Shown here in pieces: positions 43,517 through 53,249 of a stretch of DNA of 55,212 bases. Position 1 is the first letter of the stretch. Each line of letters starts with the position of its first letter. Both the position numbers and the translations under genes were made by a program. The stretch covers positions 1 to 55,212 of IMG/VR virus record IMGVR_UViG_3300030376_003857; one strand, written 5' to 3'. The DNA comes from a virus. Taxonomy: Duplodnaviria > Caudoviricetes. The notes under the pieces were generated by a model, which was not told the origin of the DNA, did not search any database, and worked only from the letters and a program-made list of their open reading frames with translations.

Positions 43517-45931
43517 TCATAATAGTTTAGTTTGTGTTTCGAGTTCATGCTTATATCTAATTCTCATCCAACGTCCTTTTGGGTCTCTACCTTCTTCTGG
43601 TTGGACACCAGTTGTGTACACTGCATAAGCCACTAGCCACTTATAAAACCGCATCATACTGATGGTCATCTTGGCTTTAGGTGCGTAGTCAGGATACTCT
43701 TCAATAAACTCCATATACAACTCCTTCTTCATGACCTTCTTTCCTAACTCTAGGTGAGGATTATTGACAGAGCCGTCAATAAGACCACACCATTCAACAA
43801 AGTCATGACACGTCTCAGCTGAGAGCTGTCTAACTTTAAGGTTCACGAACTTAGACTTTACAAGACCCGTTGACAAGTATCCTTGAAGACACTTTATCAT
43901 ATAGTTATCAAAGAAGCACCAATCCTCATCGTTCCAATCAGCGAAGAAGTGCTTACCAAACTCATCAAGCGGTGTGAAATCCTTGTTGTAGTGCTGATGA
44001 AGCTCAACCTCCCACTTTCTCCTTGCAAATGAGCTACCAGTCCCCTTGATGGCGTAGTTTGTCGTTATGGCTATCTTAGGAGACTTCTCGAAAGGTATTT
44101 TAATAGCGTCCCTGTTCTTCTTCTCAAGCGTAAGACCCTCGGTAACAACCGAGAATAAACGCTCAAAGTCAAAAGCTTTTTTCACGTCATCAAAACACAG
44201 TACTTGAGTGTCCGCCGAAACCGTTTGGTATGGGAACGACTTCTCAAAAGCAAACGCCTTGCCGTCAATCACCACAAGCTTCTTCATCTGAGATAAAGCG
44301 TTCATAAACAATCCCTTTCCAGTACCTCCCTCAGGGTTATCACTAATAACCTCGTCGTTAAGTATCACAGCTGGGCAGTATGACAAGTTCTTATATCCAT
44401 GCATCATAAAGCCAATGGTACTCTCCATCGTCTTTGTTCGACTCTCATCATCACCACAAATCCTTGATATGAAAGTCTTATAAACGCATTCATCCGACTC
44501 CGACTGGCTAAACTTCCTATCAATAACATGGTCTTTCCATACATATCCACCCAAGTCTAGGTAGTCAATCGTCTTAATAGACGTCTTGGTTATCTTGACC
44601 GCACAGTTTCTATAGTACAAGTATGACTCGTTGGCACTATCCTCGATGAAGTAGATATCAATTGTTGATAGCAATGACAAGAACTCTTCTCTGAAGAATC
44701 GAACGCTGTCAGCGAAGTAATTATATATTGTTGAGTCGTCCATCTCAATAAGGTGGTTTAGGACGAAATCTTTTATCTCCTTGTCTGAAGTGTGGTCAAT
44801 CAAGTTGTTGGTTACTCGGACAAAAACATAGCTCTTACCTCCTTCGGGGCAGTACTTATAGAACCCGTTATCCTCCAAGAACTTCTTGAATAGGATGTGA
44901 ACAATCTTGATGACACCCTTCTCGCTCTTCTCCCAAAACGTCTGCATGGTGTTCTCGTTTTCAACCCTATCAAGTACAGCGTCAATAACTTGGTCGCTTA
45001 GAGATGTCCCTTCAAGTTGACCTCGTACCTCTCTTCTACTTACACCTCGCTTAATCTTGACTCGAACCTGATTTATTCTCTCCTCGTCCTCGTAATACTT
45101 TGTTCCGAAGTTCTGCTTCTGAGAATACGCAGAGTCAATTGTTCGTGATATCTCCGCAATGGTAAAGTCTTCAGTAGCGTATTGATTAAGTACGTATCCA
45201 GCTAGTGACTTGTTCACACCGTAGTCGTTTAAGGCAGCGGCTAGAATAAATACGTTGTGGTTTCTCTGCCCCTCAACCATCGGGTACTTCTTGTTCCACC
45301 ACTTTATAAGAATATCTACAATCTTTTTCTCGTCGCTGATAGGTATGGTTGGTGGGTCTTTATGCTTTGTAACCTCCTTGTACTCAGGCTCTTCAATCTT
45401 TTCCCATAGAGATGAGTTCTCGTTGATGTAAATCATCGGGTCAAATGACTCGTAGCAAACACGGGAAACATTTCTACTGGTCTTGTCGAAGTTAGGTGAG
45501 TCAAAGTGAGTCTTCAGAGAGTTGAAGTAGTTTACATGGTTATCAACGTCCGCTGGTATCTTTACCAAAACCTTCAGCCCCTTTCCTGACGGTGAAACGA
45601 AAACAGACATCACGAACTTATCTTTCGAGAAACGCTCCTTATCACTAAGCATGTCCTTCTTCTTCTCATATCCATCGAAATCAAGACAGATGATTCCACT
45701 GTGCTTAATTATTGACGAGTCACTACGTCTGTTGAACTCACCACTAAAACATATTGAAGGTAGACCCTTCTTTAGTTCAGACCTTGCCTCCTTATCGTTC
45801 TGCTCTCTGATTCTTAAAACCAAATCCTTAGTTGCCCCATCCTTAATTCTATTAAGGACGACCATTACGTCACGGTAGAATGGTGTCTCTGTATCGTGTA
45901 TGTCTTTAAATATTGTGACGGTTTGTGTCAT
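43517..45931 (-). CDS. Primase-helicase (VirE-N/BT4734-like N-terminus, PriCT, SF3 helicase)
   Basis: SGIICLDFD, SPSGKGLK, EGQRNH, GGTGKG Walker A, CFDD, ITTN. Confidence 0.88.
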   Translation of the reverse strand: MTQTVTIFKDIHDTETPFYRDVMVVLNRIKDGATKDLVLRIREQNDKEARSELKKGLPSICFSGEFNRRSDSSIIKHSGIICLDFDGYEKKKDMLSDKERFSKDKFVMSVFVSPSGKGLKVLVKIPADVDNHVNYFNSLKTHFDSPNFDKTSRNVSRVCYESFDPMIYINENSSLWEKIEEPEYKEVTKHKDPPTIPISDEKKIVDILIKWWNKKYPMVEGQRNHNVFILAAALNDYGVNKSLAGYVLNQYATEDFTIAEISRTIDSAYSQKQNFGTKYYEDEERINQVRVKIKRGVSRREVRGQLEGTSLSDQVIDAVLDRVENENTMQTFWEKSEKGVIKIVHILFKKFLEDNGFYKYCPEGGKSYVFVRVTNNLIDHTSDKEIKDFVLNHLIEMDDSTIYNYFADSVRFFREEFLSLLSTIDIYFIEDSANESYLYYRNCAVKITKTSIKTIDYLDLGGYVWKDHVIDRKFSQSESDECVYKTFISRICGDDESRTKTMESTIGFMMHGYKNLSYCPAVILNDEVISDNPEGGTGKGLFMNALSQMKKLVVIDGKAFAFEKSFPYQTVSADTQVLCFDDVKKAFDFERLFSVVTEGLTLEKKNRDAIKIPFEKSPKIAITTNYAIKGTGSSFARRKWEVELHQHYNKDFTPLDEFGKHFFADWNDEDWCFFDNYMIKCLQGYLSTGLVKSKFVNLKVRQLSAETCHDFVEWCGLIDGSVNNPHLELGKKVMKKELYMEFIEEYPDYAPKAKMTISMMRFYKWLVAYAVYTTGVQPEEGRDPKGRWMRIRYKHELETQTKLL

Positions 45932-46080
45932 GTTTATGTCGGTTTTGTGTCGATTAAATTACTGGTAATCAGTTAGATGTCGATAATGTCGATTTAATAT
46001 CCTCGTATAGAGAAGAAAAAAAATAAATAAAATAATACTATATCTCTATATCTTGAATAAATATCGACACTCGGCACAAA
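45920..46080. other. Iteron-containing origin-like element B, directly upstream of the primase
   Basis: TGTCGG/TGTCGA repeats, A-rich core, inverted TCGACAC/TCGGCAC; GATGTCGATAATGTCGA identical to 1692-1708. Confidence 0.6.
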
Positions 46081-46115
46081 TATTTAATTCAAAGTTTTGT
46101 TTGATTGACTTCTTT

Positions 46116-46298
46116 TTAATATGGTTTAGATATCAAGTGAACTTCTTTTGTATCTACACATATAACTGCTTGAAAGTTTTCGCATTTTATGTTCTTGCAT
46201 AAAACGTAATCACCACAAAGTTCACCACTTGAAACCAAGTCTTCTTCTATTGGGCAATAAGTAAAATACTCTTCGTTAATTAATTGAATTATCTCCAT
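46116..46298 (-). CDS. Small Cys-containing hypothetical protein
   Basis: 60-aa ORF with A-rich leader. Confidence 0.5.
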   Translation of the reverse strand: MEIIQLINEEYFTYCPIEEDLVSSGELCGDYVLCKNIKCENFQAVICVDTKEVHLISKPY

Positions 46299-46364
46299 TT
46301 TAATGTTGCTTATTTTGTGAGGGTTAGTGTTAAACGCACCATACCCAAAACGTTTTATTAAATT

Positions 46365-46397
46365 AAAAAAAAAGGGAGTGTCTTCGAGGACACTCCC
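46365..46397 (-). terminator. Terminator hairpin built around palindrome variant (46378-46393)
   Basis: GGGAGTGTC...GACACTCCC followed by T9 on the minus strand, just after the SSB stop. Confidence 0.85.
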
Positions 46398-46412
46398 CCT
46401 TGTTGTGTTTAA

Positions 46413-46715
46413 TTAGAATGGCAACTCTTCCTCCTCTTCGGTGTCTACCTGTGGCTTAGGTGCTGCCTTCTTAGGCGAAGCCTTCTTTGATGATGCATCA
46501 CCATCAGGCTTCCATGTATCAAGCTCACAATAGAACCCTCCACTCTTTGAGCGTTTCAACTCTAGGTTAACCCATCCGTTGGACTCTTTTTCATTGAGAA
46601 AACTAACAGCTTCCTCAACCTTAATTGATAATCTTCCGACAACGAAATCTGGAGCGTTGTCGTTTCTTTTTAGGATGAACCCATCCGCAAATACAATGTC
46701 TTTCTTTTCTGACAT
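46413..46715 (-). CDS. Single-stranded DNA-binding protein-like
   Basis: OB-like beta core with acidic tail ending EEEELPF; next to recombination genes. Confidence 0.7.
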   Translation of the reverse strand: MSEKKDIVFADGFILKRNDNAPDFVVGRLSIKVEEAVSFLNEKESNGWVNLELKRSKSGGFYCELDTWKPDGDASSKKASPKKAAPKPQVDTEEEEELPF

Positions 46716-46727
46716 ATCTGTTGTTTG

Positions 46728-47459
46728 TTAAATTGTTTCGTAAATATAAAATGAATCAATGTCCTCAGTTTTCTTTTTACTGAAGAACTTATTATAGTTC
46801 TCGATAGCTAGTGCGACCTTAGCCTTACCGCTCTCTAAGAACTCAGTCGATGGCTCGAATATACCTAGCATACTAGTGGTCTTGTCGATGACGTAGAACA
46901 CTAAAGGACGACCAAAAAGCTGTCCGTATATCCAAGCTTGGCTGTCGTAGTTGTACTTCTTGGAGTTCCACTTGAAGGCGAATATGTCGGAGGTGGTCTT
47001 AAGGTCTATGACTACGTCAGGTAGGACAATGTCAGCCTTCCCTTTCCACTCAAACCCCATTATCTCCTTGACTGATGGCACTTCGTATTCAGCATTAGCA
47101 TGTTTGATATTCTCGTAGAACGTAATGTTACTCATCATCTCCTTTACCAACGACTGCACCTCTTCAGATTCTTTTGATAGAAGAGCCACCTCAATACCTC
47201 TTTCGGAAATAAATTCCTTGTACTTTTTGGTGTTCCTTGATGACACATCGCAGAACTCCCAAGCCTTAGCCTTTTCGGGTTCAAGTATTAACTGGTGGAA
47301 GTATCTTCCATAAGTGAAGTTTTTATTATCTGGCTTCTGTTGCTTAAATGACTTAGGGTCTTTAATCAGAGAATCTATGTCTGAGTTTGACAAGTACTTA
47401 CTGCCAAACTCACCGTAGTAGTCCTCATCAATTCTTAGTCTTTCGATTATGTCTTTCAT
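46728..47459 (-). CDS. PD-(D/E)XK exonuclease (RecE/ExoVIII C-terminal, DUF3799-like)
   Basis: LSNS, GRYFH..ILEP, KGKADI, IDLKTT, YDSQAWIY. Confidence 0.85.
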   Translation of the reverse strand: MKDIIERLRIDEDYYGEFGSKYLSNSDIDSLIKDPKSFKQQKPDNKNFTYGRYFHQLILEPEKAKAWEFCDVSSRNTKKYKEFISERGIEVALLSKESEEVQSLVKEMMSNITFYENIKHANAEYEVPSVKEIMGFEWKGKADIVLPDVVIDLKTTSDIFAFKWNSKKYNYDSQAWIYGQLFGRPLVFYVIDKTTSMLGIFEPSTEFLESGKAKVALAIENYNKFFSKKKTEDIDSFYIYETI

Positions 47460-48112
47460 TTCTCTTCTATTTTAGATTTTATTTCCTTCTTTACGTTGGC
47501 GGTAAGCTTGTACTTCTTCTCAATCATAGAGACAATCCGCTCTAGACCCTTGTCCTTGTTGTCAGAAACAAACTTAAGCAGAGTGTCCCAGTTTTCATCA
47601 CCAACCTTTAGGGTCTTAGGCTTTGCTGCTTCTTCTTCGGCTAATCTAATTGCCTCAGCCTCAGCCTCAGGCATATCCTCGTCAGTGTATACATAGTGAC
47701 CTAATCCATGCATCGCTAGGTTCTTAACCAAGCACCGCATAATGGTCTTGTTGATATCAAACATCGAAGCTTGAACCACATTCTTCTCTCCGTACTTAGT
47801 TTTGTATGTGTAGGGGTTGTCCAGCATAGACTTGTTTGCACCATCCATAACTGGGAGAAACATCTCGTGTGTCTCGTCTTCGACAGTAACACTCGTCATA
47901 CAGAGATATCCTAACGTAGGGTCATAGAACCAAGGCTTGTCCGTTTGAGGGTCTCTAAGCACCTTAAATGTAGCGAGAGGGTATATCTTCTTTACCTCAG
48001 ACCATGCGTATACCCATGATAGATACTTCATGCCCTTCTTATTCTCAATCTTGTCATTGACGTTGACTGCACTAAGCGTCTCGAACACTGACTTCTTTTT
48101 AACTGTTGCCAT
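47456..48112 (-). CDS. Sak-like single-strand annealing protein (DUF1071)
   Basis: KYLSWVYAW, LPVMD..NK, DINKTIMRCLVKNLAMHGLG.YVY..ED. Confidence 0.85.
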   Translation of the reverse strand: MATVKKKSVFETLSAVNVNDKIENKKGMKYLSWVYAWSEVKKIYPLATFKVLRDPQTDKPWFYDPTLGYLCMTSVTVEDETHEMFLPVMDGANKSMLDNPYTYKTKYGEKNVVQASMFDINKTIMRCLVKNLAMHGLGHYVYTDEDMPEAEAEAIRLAEEEAAKPKTLKVGDENWDTLLKFVSDNKDKGLERIVSMIEKKYKLTANVKKEIKSKIEEK

Positions 48113-48521
48113 TTTGTTTTATTTTTTGTTCTTTTTCTAATTCTTTTTTTAATTGTGATTTCATTTTTTTGACCGCTATCGAGCGGTGATTCCCACCTTC
48201 GATAGACTTTACTAAATAGTCTATCTTTGAACGAATGTTTGACAAATATATGTCATAAACACCTTCCCTCCAACCTTTTCTGAATAAATAAATTACGTCC
48301 TCATCTCTTATTTTCTTGTAGAAATCACCTCCATTCATAACGTCATAAATAGTTACCTCTTCAGAGAACCTATCTCTAGATATCTTTACACCGTAAACCA
48401 CTCTTGCTTCGTGGAAGTACCCATCAAGAACTCCAGCGTAGCTGTCTTCTTTCGCTTCTAAAAACAATTCTTGTAGTCTTTTTTTTATATTGCTTTCAAC
48501 GATTCCTCCTGTGATTACCAT
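48099..48521 (-). CDS. Hypothetical protein
   Basis: ORF in operon; start uncertain. Confidence 0.6.
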   Translation of the reverse strand: MVITGGIVESNIKKRLQELFLEAKEDSYAGVLDGYFHEARVVYGVKISRDRFSEEVTIYDVMNGGDFYKKIRDEDVIYLFRKGWREGVYDIYLSNIRSKIDYLVKSIEGGNHRSIAVKKMKSQLKKELEKEQKIKQNGNS

Positions 48522-48548
48522 TAGCCTTGATTTGAAATTGATTATTCA

Positions 48549-48851
48549 TTATGTTATTATTTTTGATAGGCAGTGTGAGAACGCCCCTATTTTACGTTTT
48601 TTCTTTCTTGCTGATTTGATACCATGTATTATTGATGAGTGAGTAATATCGTACCCATTGTTACACATCAAGGTAACGATATCGCTTATTTTCATCTTGG
48701 ATATACATGCTAGATACAGCATATGCCTAGAGTCAACCACGAAAGGTTCTTTTGTTTTACTGAATAGCTCCTCTCTTGTGACTCCATTAACGTCAACAAC
48801 TCTTTCGACTCTAACGTCGAACATGTTTTCTTTAACTTTGTTTACCCTCAT
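48549..48851 (-). CDS. Second DnaA domain IV-like HTH protein
   Basis: GVTREELFSKTK...VDSRHMLY...HSSIIHGIK. Confidence 0.6.
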   Translation of the reverse strand: MRVNKVKENMFDVRVERVVDVNGVTREELFSKTKEPFVVDSRHMLYLACISKMKISDIVTLMCNNGYDITHSSIIHGIKSARKKKRKIGAFSHCLSKIIT

Positions 48852-48874
48852 ATCTTAGTGTTGTTTAATTTCTA

Positions 48875-49045
48875 TCATGTGTTCTTATTGTCTTTGTATA
48901 TATTGTATGTCATTAGTATCGCTCCAACCATGGCGACTGTCGTCCATATTATGTTAGCGACTAGCTCCCCTTCAATTTCTTCTCGGTAAATATACCTACC
49001 TAAAATGAGGATTGAAAATATAATGATGTGAAAAATGTATTTCAT
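48875..49045 (-). CDS. Small two-TM membrane protein (56 aa; not in ORF track)
   Basis: MKYIFHIIIFSILILG...IIWTTVAMVGAILMTY. Confidence 0.5.
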   Translation of the reverse strand: MKYIFHIIIFSILILGRYIYREEIEGELVANIIWTTVAMVGAILMTYNIYKDNKNT

Positions 49046-49098
49046 ATTTCTTTTGTTAAAATGGTTATCTTTGTTGGTTATTCATCCCTAAAAAAATA

Positions 49099-49356
49099 AT
49101 GATGACATTTACAGCAAAACAAATTGGTATTGCATTTGCGGCTTTTGTAGGACTGACTGACGAATTCAGCGAGTTTATTAAAGCAGCAGAGACAATCTAC
49201 AAGTTGGTCGAAGTAGAAGAGGCTGACGACAAGGTTATAGTGGCGAAACTACTTAAACAGGTAGCAGGATTCACTAGTCTTGACGAAAAGAACCTCACGT
49301 ACTTTGTTGAAAAATGCGTGTACTGGGCTAAGGTCTATAACGGTATAGAGAAGTAA
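49099..49356 (+). CDS. Counter-oriented moron gene with own promoter and terminator
   Basis: TATCTTTG at 49066-49073; AACCCCC...GGGGGTT-TTTT hairpin after the stop. Confidence 0.7.
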   Translation: MMTFTAKQIGIAFAAFVGLTDEFSEFIKAAETIYKLVEVEEADDKVIVAKLLKQVAGFTSLDEKNLTYFVEKCVYWAKVYNGIEK

Positions 49357-49364
49357 CAACAATC

Positions 49365-49399
49365 AACCCCCCACCTCCCATTAAGGTCGGGGGTTTTTT
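49365..49399 (+). terminator. Terminator hairpin of the moron gene
   Basis: aaccccccacct...aggtcgggggtttttt. Confidence 0.6.
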
Positions 49400-49710
49400 A
49401 TGTTTGATTCGTTTCTTATTGCTTTCCTCACTTTGTCTAAGGCTTTCTGCATTTCATCTAACGACTTCTCTAATTCTCCAAGGGATTGTGATAGGTCTAC
49501 GGGTGAATCAAACTCACCAATTTTTGCTCTGTAATGTACACTTGACCAGTATTCATAACCCTCTTTGCTATCATGCCAGTCAAAACCTCTACTAATAGAA
49601 TATGGTAAGCTTTCTGAAAGTGTAAAGTAGTTATTGAAGTTTACTAACGCTTGACTTCTAATAGGTTCGGGTAACTGCTCGTACCATTTTGTTGTTCTCT
49701 TTCTAATCAT
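49381..49710 (-). CDS. Early hypothetical protein
   Basis: FDW...EGYEYW motif, C-terminal coiled-coil. Confidence 0.65.
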   Translation of the reverse strand: MIRKRTTKWYEQLPEPIRSQALVNFNNYFTLSESLPYSISRGFDWHDSKEGYEYWSSVHYRAKIGEFDSPVDLSQSLGELEKSLDEMQKALDKVRKAIRNESNIKNPRP

Positions 49711-49908
49711 ATCTGTTTTATTTAATTGATTCGTTTATTTTTATGTCTTTAGAATATGTACGGTGCTTTACTAGCTAGCATTATGCCAGTAGCTATACCG
49801 ATGATTGTTATTAGCGTGAGGATGCACCCCATCCACATACCTCTATGCTCTGATTTCTGTCTCAGGTGGTTTACTATATCGACTTGAGACTCTGTAAACT
49901 GTGACTTA

Positions 49909-50328
49909 TTAATCATATCTCCTCTTTAACTCATGAACATAATCAGCTCCGTATTTGCTTAACCCTTCGGTATTCCAAAAATTATTGTCATCATGAAGGG
50001 ATTGAATGTCTACCCAAAAACCAACCTCATGACCTCTCACATCCTTAATAAATGCTGAGTCAAGACTTTCAAAACCTCTAGCTTTAAGATGAACATCAAG
50101 ACCTCTAACGTCACCTAAACATTTAGCTGATTTTTTTAAGGCTTCATCCGTTAGAAACATACCAACTGCACACTTTTTATCATCGTTAGTTAGATACATA
50201 CAAGTACGGAATGGGAAACGCCTCTCAGCTCTCTTGTCAATATTGTATGACTTAGCTACAATGTCGATTATTTCATGCTTTGTTTTCTCAAGTGTCTTCG
50301 AGGACACTTTAGTATTGATTGCTTTCAT
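49909..50328 (-). CDS. Early hypothetical protein
   Basis: CMY...KCAVG...IQSLHD motif. Confidence 0.7.
   Translation of the reverse strand: MKAINTKVSSKTLEKTKHEIIDIVAKSYNIDKRAERRFPFRTCMYLTNDDKKCAVGMFLTDEALKKSAKCLGDVRGLDVHLKARGFESLDSAFIKDVRGHEVGFWVDIQSLHDDNNFWNTEGLSKYGADYVHELKRRYD
50292..50307 (+). repeat. Palindrome variant GTGTCTTCGAGGACAC near the 5' end of 49909..50328
   Basis: exact variant, extended by AA/TT; encodes V-S-S-K-T on the minus strand. Confidence 0.95.
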
Positions 50329-50639
50329 ACTAATATTACATTTGATGTTGAATGAATAAGGTTATTTAATTCTTCGTACTGGTTGTAAACCAACATGAAC
50401 TCGTCAAGTAGTTTTTGACCCGTTCCTTTGATTCCAAAGTATTTCTTTACGTCCGTTACCCTCCAATTTCGATGGGGTTTCATGTCGCACTTCACATATA
50501 GACTGATGTCTCTCTTGGAGCAGATAAGATTATATTCTGCTCTGTTCATGTTTATGCTTCCTTCCCAAAATGTATATAGGTCATTTAGAAATGGTGTATC
50601 TCTTGCTACCAAAGGGTAGTCGTTTAATTTAATTTTCAT
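50325..50639 (-). CDS. Early hypothetical protein
   Basis: ORF in early operon. Confidence 0.65.
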   Translation of the reverse strand: MKIKLNDYPLVARDTPFLNDLYTFWEGSINMNRAEYNLICSKRDISLYVKCDMKPHRNWRVTDVKKYFGIKGTGQKLLDEFMLVYNQYEELNNLIHSTSNVILV

Positions 50640-51114
50640 AGGTTTTAATTTTATCAATTGCTTTTTTTAGAAAACAATCCCCCGAAGCAGCCCTTGTAGC
50701 AGCTACAGCAGCAGCCCTTGCAGCAGATGCTGAATCATCTCTTGTAGCACACACGGCAGCAGATGCCGAATCATTCCTTGCAGTACGTACAGTAGAATCA
50801 ACATCCCAAGCAGAAACATTAACAGCCCAAGCCGCAGACCTTGCTTCCTTTCTTAGTTCTTCGATACCAGTTTTTAGATATTCAAGTGATACATCGGGAA
50901 CATCCCATAAATGTACAACCTGAATCGCACACCACCTAGCGAACTCACGTTGTTGTTTGGTGTTTATCAAACCACAAGCAACAAAAATAAGGTCTTCTTC
51001 GGGTGCTTGAAATGACAGCATCTCTGTTAATGTTCCTTCCCATTTTTCAGGCATATACCTTGTTGGGTCGTAACATGGTTGCATATCTCTTATTTGTTCA
51101 ATAGTAACTTTCAT
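50629..51114 (-). CDS. Imm5-like protein with Ala-rich repeats
   Basis: REFARWCA.QV.HLW...YLKTG..ELR..A..AAW followed by Ala-rich repeats. Confidence 0.55.
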   Translation of the reverse strand: MKVTIEQIRDMQPCYDPTRYMPEKWEGTLTEMLSFQAPEEDLIFVACGLINTKQQREFARWCAIQVVHLWDVPDVSLEYLKTGIEELRKEARSAAWAVNVSAWDVDSTVRTARNDSASAAVCATRDDSASAARAAAVAATRAASGDCFLKKAIDKIKTYEN

Positions 51115-51170
51115 TTTATTCTTATAACTTAATAATTTACACTGCAAATTAGATACGATAGCATTCACTT

Positions 51171-51392
51171 CTAACGATGCCTATCGTTCCACTTATTCCA
51201 ATAGTGTCTATGCTGTTGAAAGCCCATGACACATATAAAGAAACAGGTTATCCAAAAGTATGGTTGTCCTGTAGCTATAGCTTTCACTAGAACTAGTATA
51301 AAAATAATTGGTGTAGCTAGAACATTTGTAAGTCTAGCCCAAGGGTGCTTCTCTCCAATGAGATACTCCCAGTATGTATCAAACTTCTTCAT
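51171..51392 (-). CDS. Small membrane protein
   Basis: two hydrophobic segments; leader AAACAAAACAAAGATG. Confidence 0.6.
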   Translation of the reverse strand: MKKFDTYWEYLIGEKHPWARLTNVLATPIIFILVLVKAIATGQPYFWITCFFICVMGFQQHRHYWNKWNDRHR

Positions 51393-51732
51393 CTTTGTTT
51401 TGTTTTAGTTTAATAATAGTATAAGGTCTATCCCAACATTCTTTCACATATTTTTTTGCTTCTGTAATGCTTGAAAACTTAAACCCACCATGTTCTTTAA
51501 AAGAACCATGAAGTATTAATTTACAAGGTATCTTACTCATCTTTGTTTTGTTTAAAAAATGAATAAGGTGTGAGGACTTTCTTTATTCCAAAAAATGGGT
51601 GGTTCTCCTCAAGAGTTTGCAACCTCTTTTTACATATCATACCAACAAGTTTTTCCTTTCTCATCTTTGTTTTGTTTTAATAGTTAGTGTAATTTCTACA
51701 CTATATAGTGTTTATTCGGTTGTTATATGCAA

Positions 51733-52026
51733 TTAAGACATTCTCTTATTTTTCTGTATGCAGTCTGCTTCATGGTTTTCAGCCAAAGTATTAATTTCAT
51801 CAATAACATCATCATCTAAGTTTTCATATTCAATAAAGTCATCACTAACTTCTGTTTCATGAATATAAGTTATAGCATCAACTCCTTTATCGTAGAACCT
51901 TTCAGCTAATTGAACATTATCTTTACCCATTGAATTAATTAATGGACTTGCATCTCCTTCTAAATCTGCTATTGTAAAGCTTCCAAAAGTGTTTACTATT
52001 CTTTTAATGTTTTGTAATTTTGTCAT
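51733..52026 (-). CDS. Early acidic hypothetical protein
   Basis: ORF in early operon. Confidence 0.6.
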   Translation of the reverse strand: MTKLQNIKRIVNTFGSFTIADLEGDASPLINSMGKDNVQLAERFYDKGVDAITYIHETEVSDDFIEYENLDDDVIDEINTLAENHEADCIQKNKRMS

Positions 52027-52027
52027 T

Positions 52028-52234
52028 TCAGTTAATTTTATTTGTTAATAAAGAACAACCTGTTACTTTTTCTATTTTGGATAAGACCTCTTCGTAAGTT
52101 TCATCAACTTCACCAAAACCATTATTGCCCCATCCAATTACACCAACTTTTCCATTGGCTGTTACAAAAACACTTTGTAATAGGTTTACATTTCCAATAA
52201 ACTCTTTTCCGTTCCTTGTTAATTTAATAAACAT
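52028..52234 (-). CDS. Small FlbD-like hypothetical protein
   Basis: MFIKLTRNG...N..L...V.ETYEEVL.KI pattern. Confidence 0.5.
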   Translation of the reverse strand: MFIKLTRNGKEFIGNVNLLQSVFVTANGKVGVIGWGNNGFGEVDETYEEVLSKIEKVTGCSLLTNKIN

Positions 52235-52238
52235 AGTT

Positions 52239-52385
52239 CTATCTTCTAATCCATTTCATTAGTAATTCACCTGCTTCTTTTTTAGGGATGTCAAACTCCT
52301 GTACTATGTATGGTCTCGCACCAAACATATTGATTGCTCCCGAATTTCTTAGTCTATCTAGGTATTCAAATACTTCTTGTTCCAT
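52239..52385 (-). CDS. Small conserved phage protein (48 aa; not in ORF track)
   Basis: MEQEVFEYLDRLRNSGAINMFGARPYI...W. Confidence 0.7.
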   Translation of the reverse strand: MEQEVFEYLDRLRNSGAINMFGARPYIVQEFDIPKKEAGELLMKWIRR

Positions 52386-52402
52386 AATCTTTTTTTTATT
52401 TA

Positions 52403-52418
52403 GTGTCTTCGAAGACAC
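52403..52418. repeat. 16-bp palindrome GTGTCTTCGAAGACAC, 17 nt upstream of ATG 52385
   Basis: exact. Confidence 0.97.
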
Positions 52419-52569
52419 TCATTAATTTGTTGCTTTAATTTTTTTAAGTTGGTATTGGTGAAGGTTGGATGTGCATATGCCTTTGCTATGTACTGTCCAC
52501 TTCTCCAAGCTATATGGAAATGTTTATGGTAAATTAACCCTCTATTTCTTTTCTCTAGGTTTGTCATAT

Positions 52570-52908
52570 TTATTTTTTTGTTCCAAATATCTTTATGTGC
52601 TCAAGTGCATCACCTTTGGTTATGAAATACTGATTTTTGGATGGGTCTTTATTGAATTCAATTAGGCTAATGTCATCCCAACATGACTCAATCACCTCAC
52701 CATCTTCAATGGTATAGTAATCATCACCTTCGCTGAATGGCGCACCACTATCGTGCGTCACAAAACTTTCATCGTAACCGTAACCAGTATCATCCATCTT
52801 ATTGACCCAGTTCTCATAGTGAGAAAGACCATTGAACTCTCTTGTTACAATCCACTTCCGACCATTTGACGGAACACGTAGAACCGTTGTCACCTTGTAC
52901 TTTCTCAT
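52570..52908 (-). CDS. Early hypothetical protein
   Basis: ORF in early operon. Confidence 0.65.
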   Translation of the reverse strand: MRKYKVTTVLRVPSNGRKWIVTREFNGLSHYENWVNKMDDTGYGYDESFVTHDSGAPFSEGDDYYTIEDGEVIESCWDDISLIEFNKDPSKNQYFITKGDALEHIKIFGTKK

Positions 52909-53249
52909 ATCGTCTTGAAGTATTGACTGTTAAATTCATAGAACTCTCCTGTGTATGATGGGTGATACGCAATGTAACCCATGTATGGAGTGTTTTTATT
53001 GTTTGCTCTAAACGCTATCGCTTCTTGCTCAGTAATAACGCACATCCGCTCTATTAATAAGTAAAGGTCACTAGGTGTTAATTCTGTCTCAATGTCGACA
53101 ACTACCACTTGTTCCTCGCACCAATTAGATTCCTTAGTCGTTTGTATGTCGATGTCTGTTACCGTAACTCCTAGCTCACGTAACTTCACGCAGATGTCAA
53201 CAGAGTCCAATGGATTGTTTCCTAATCCTATGTTTAATGTGTAGTTCAT
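52905..53249 (-). CDS. Early hypothetical protein
   Basis: LNIGL...EQEAIA...F..QYF pattern. Confidence 0.7.
   Translation of the reverse strand: MNYTLNIGLGNNPLDSVDICVKLRELGVTVTDIDIQTTKESNWCEEQVVVVDIETELTPSDLYLLIERMCVITEQEAIAFRANNKNTPYMGYIAYHPSYTGEFYEFNSQYFKTI

Noticed and set aside
42084-43892. Degenerate palindrome copies GTATCATTGAAGACAC (42084-42099) and GTATCCTTGAAGACAC (43877-43892)
   Set aside because: 2-3 mismatches including the TCGA core; may be decayed or weak sites, so not counted
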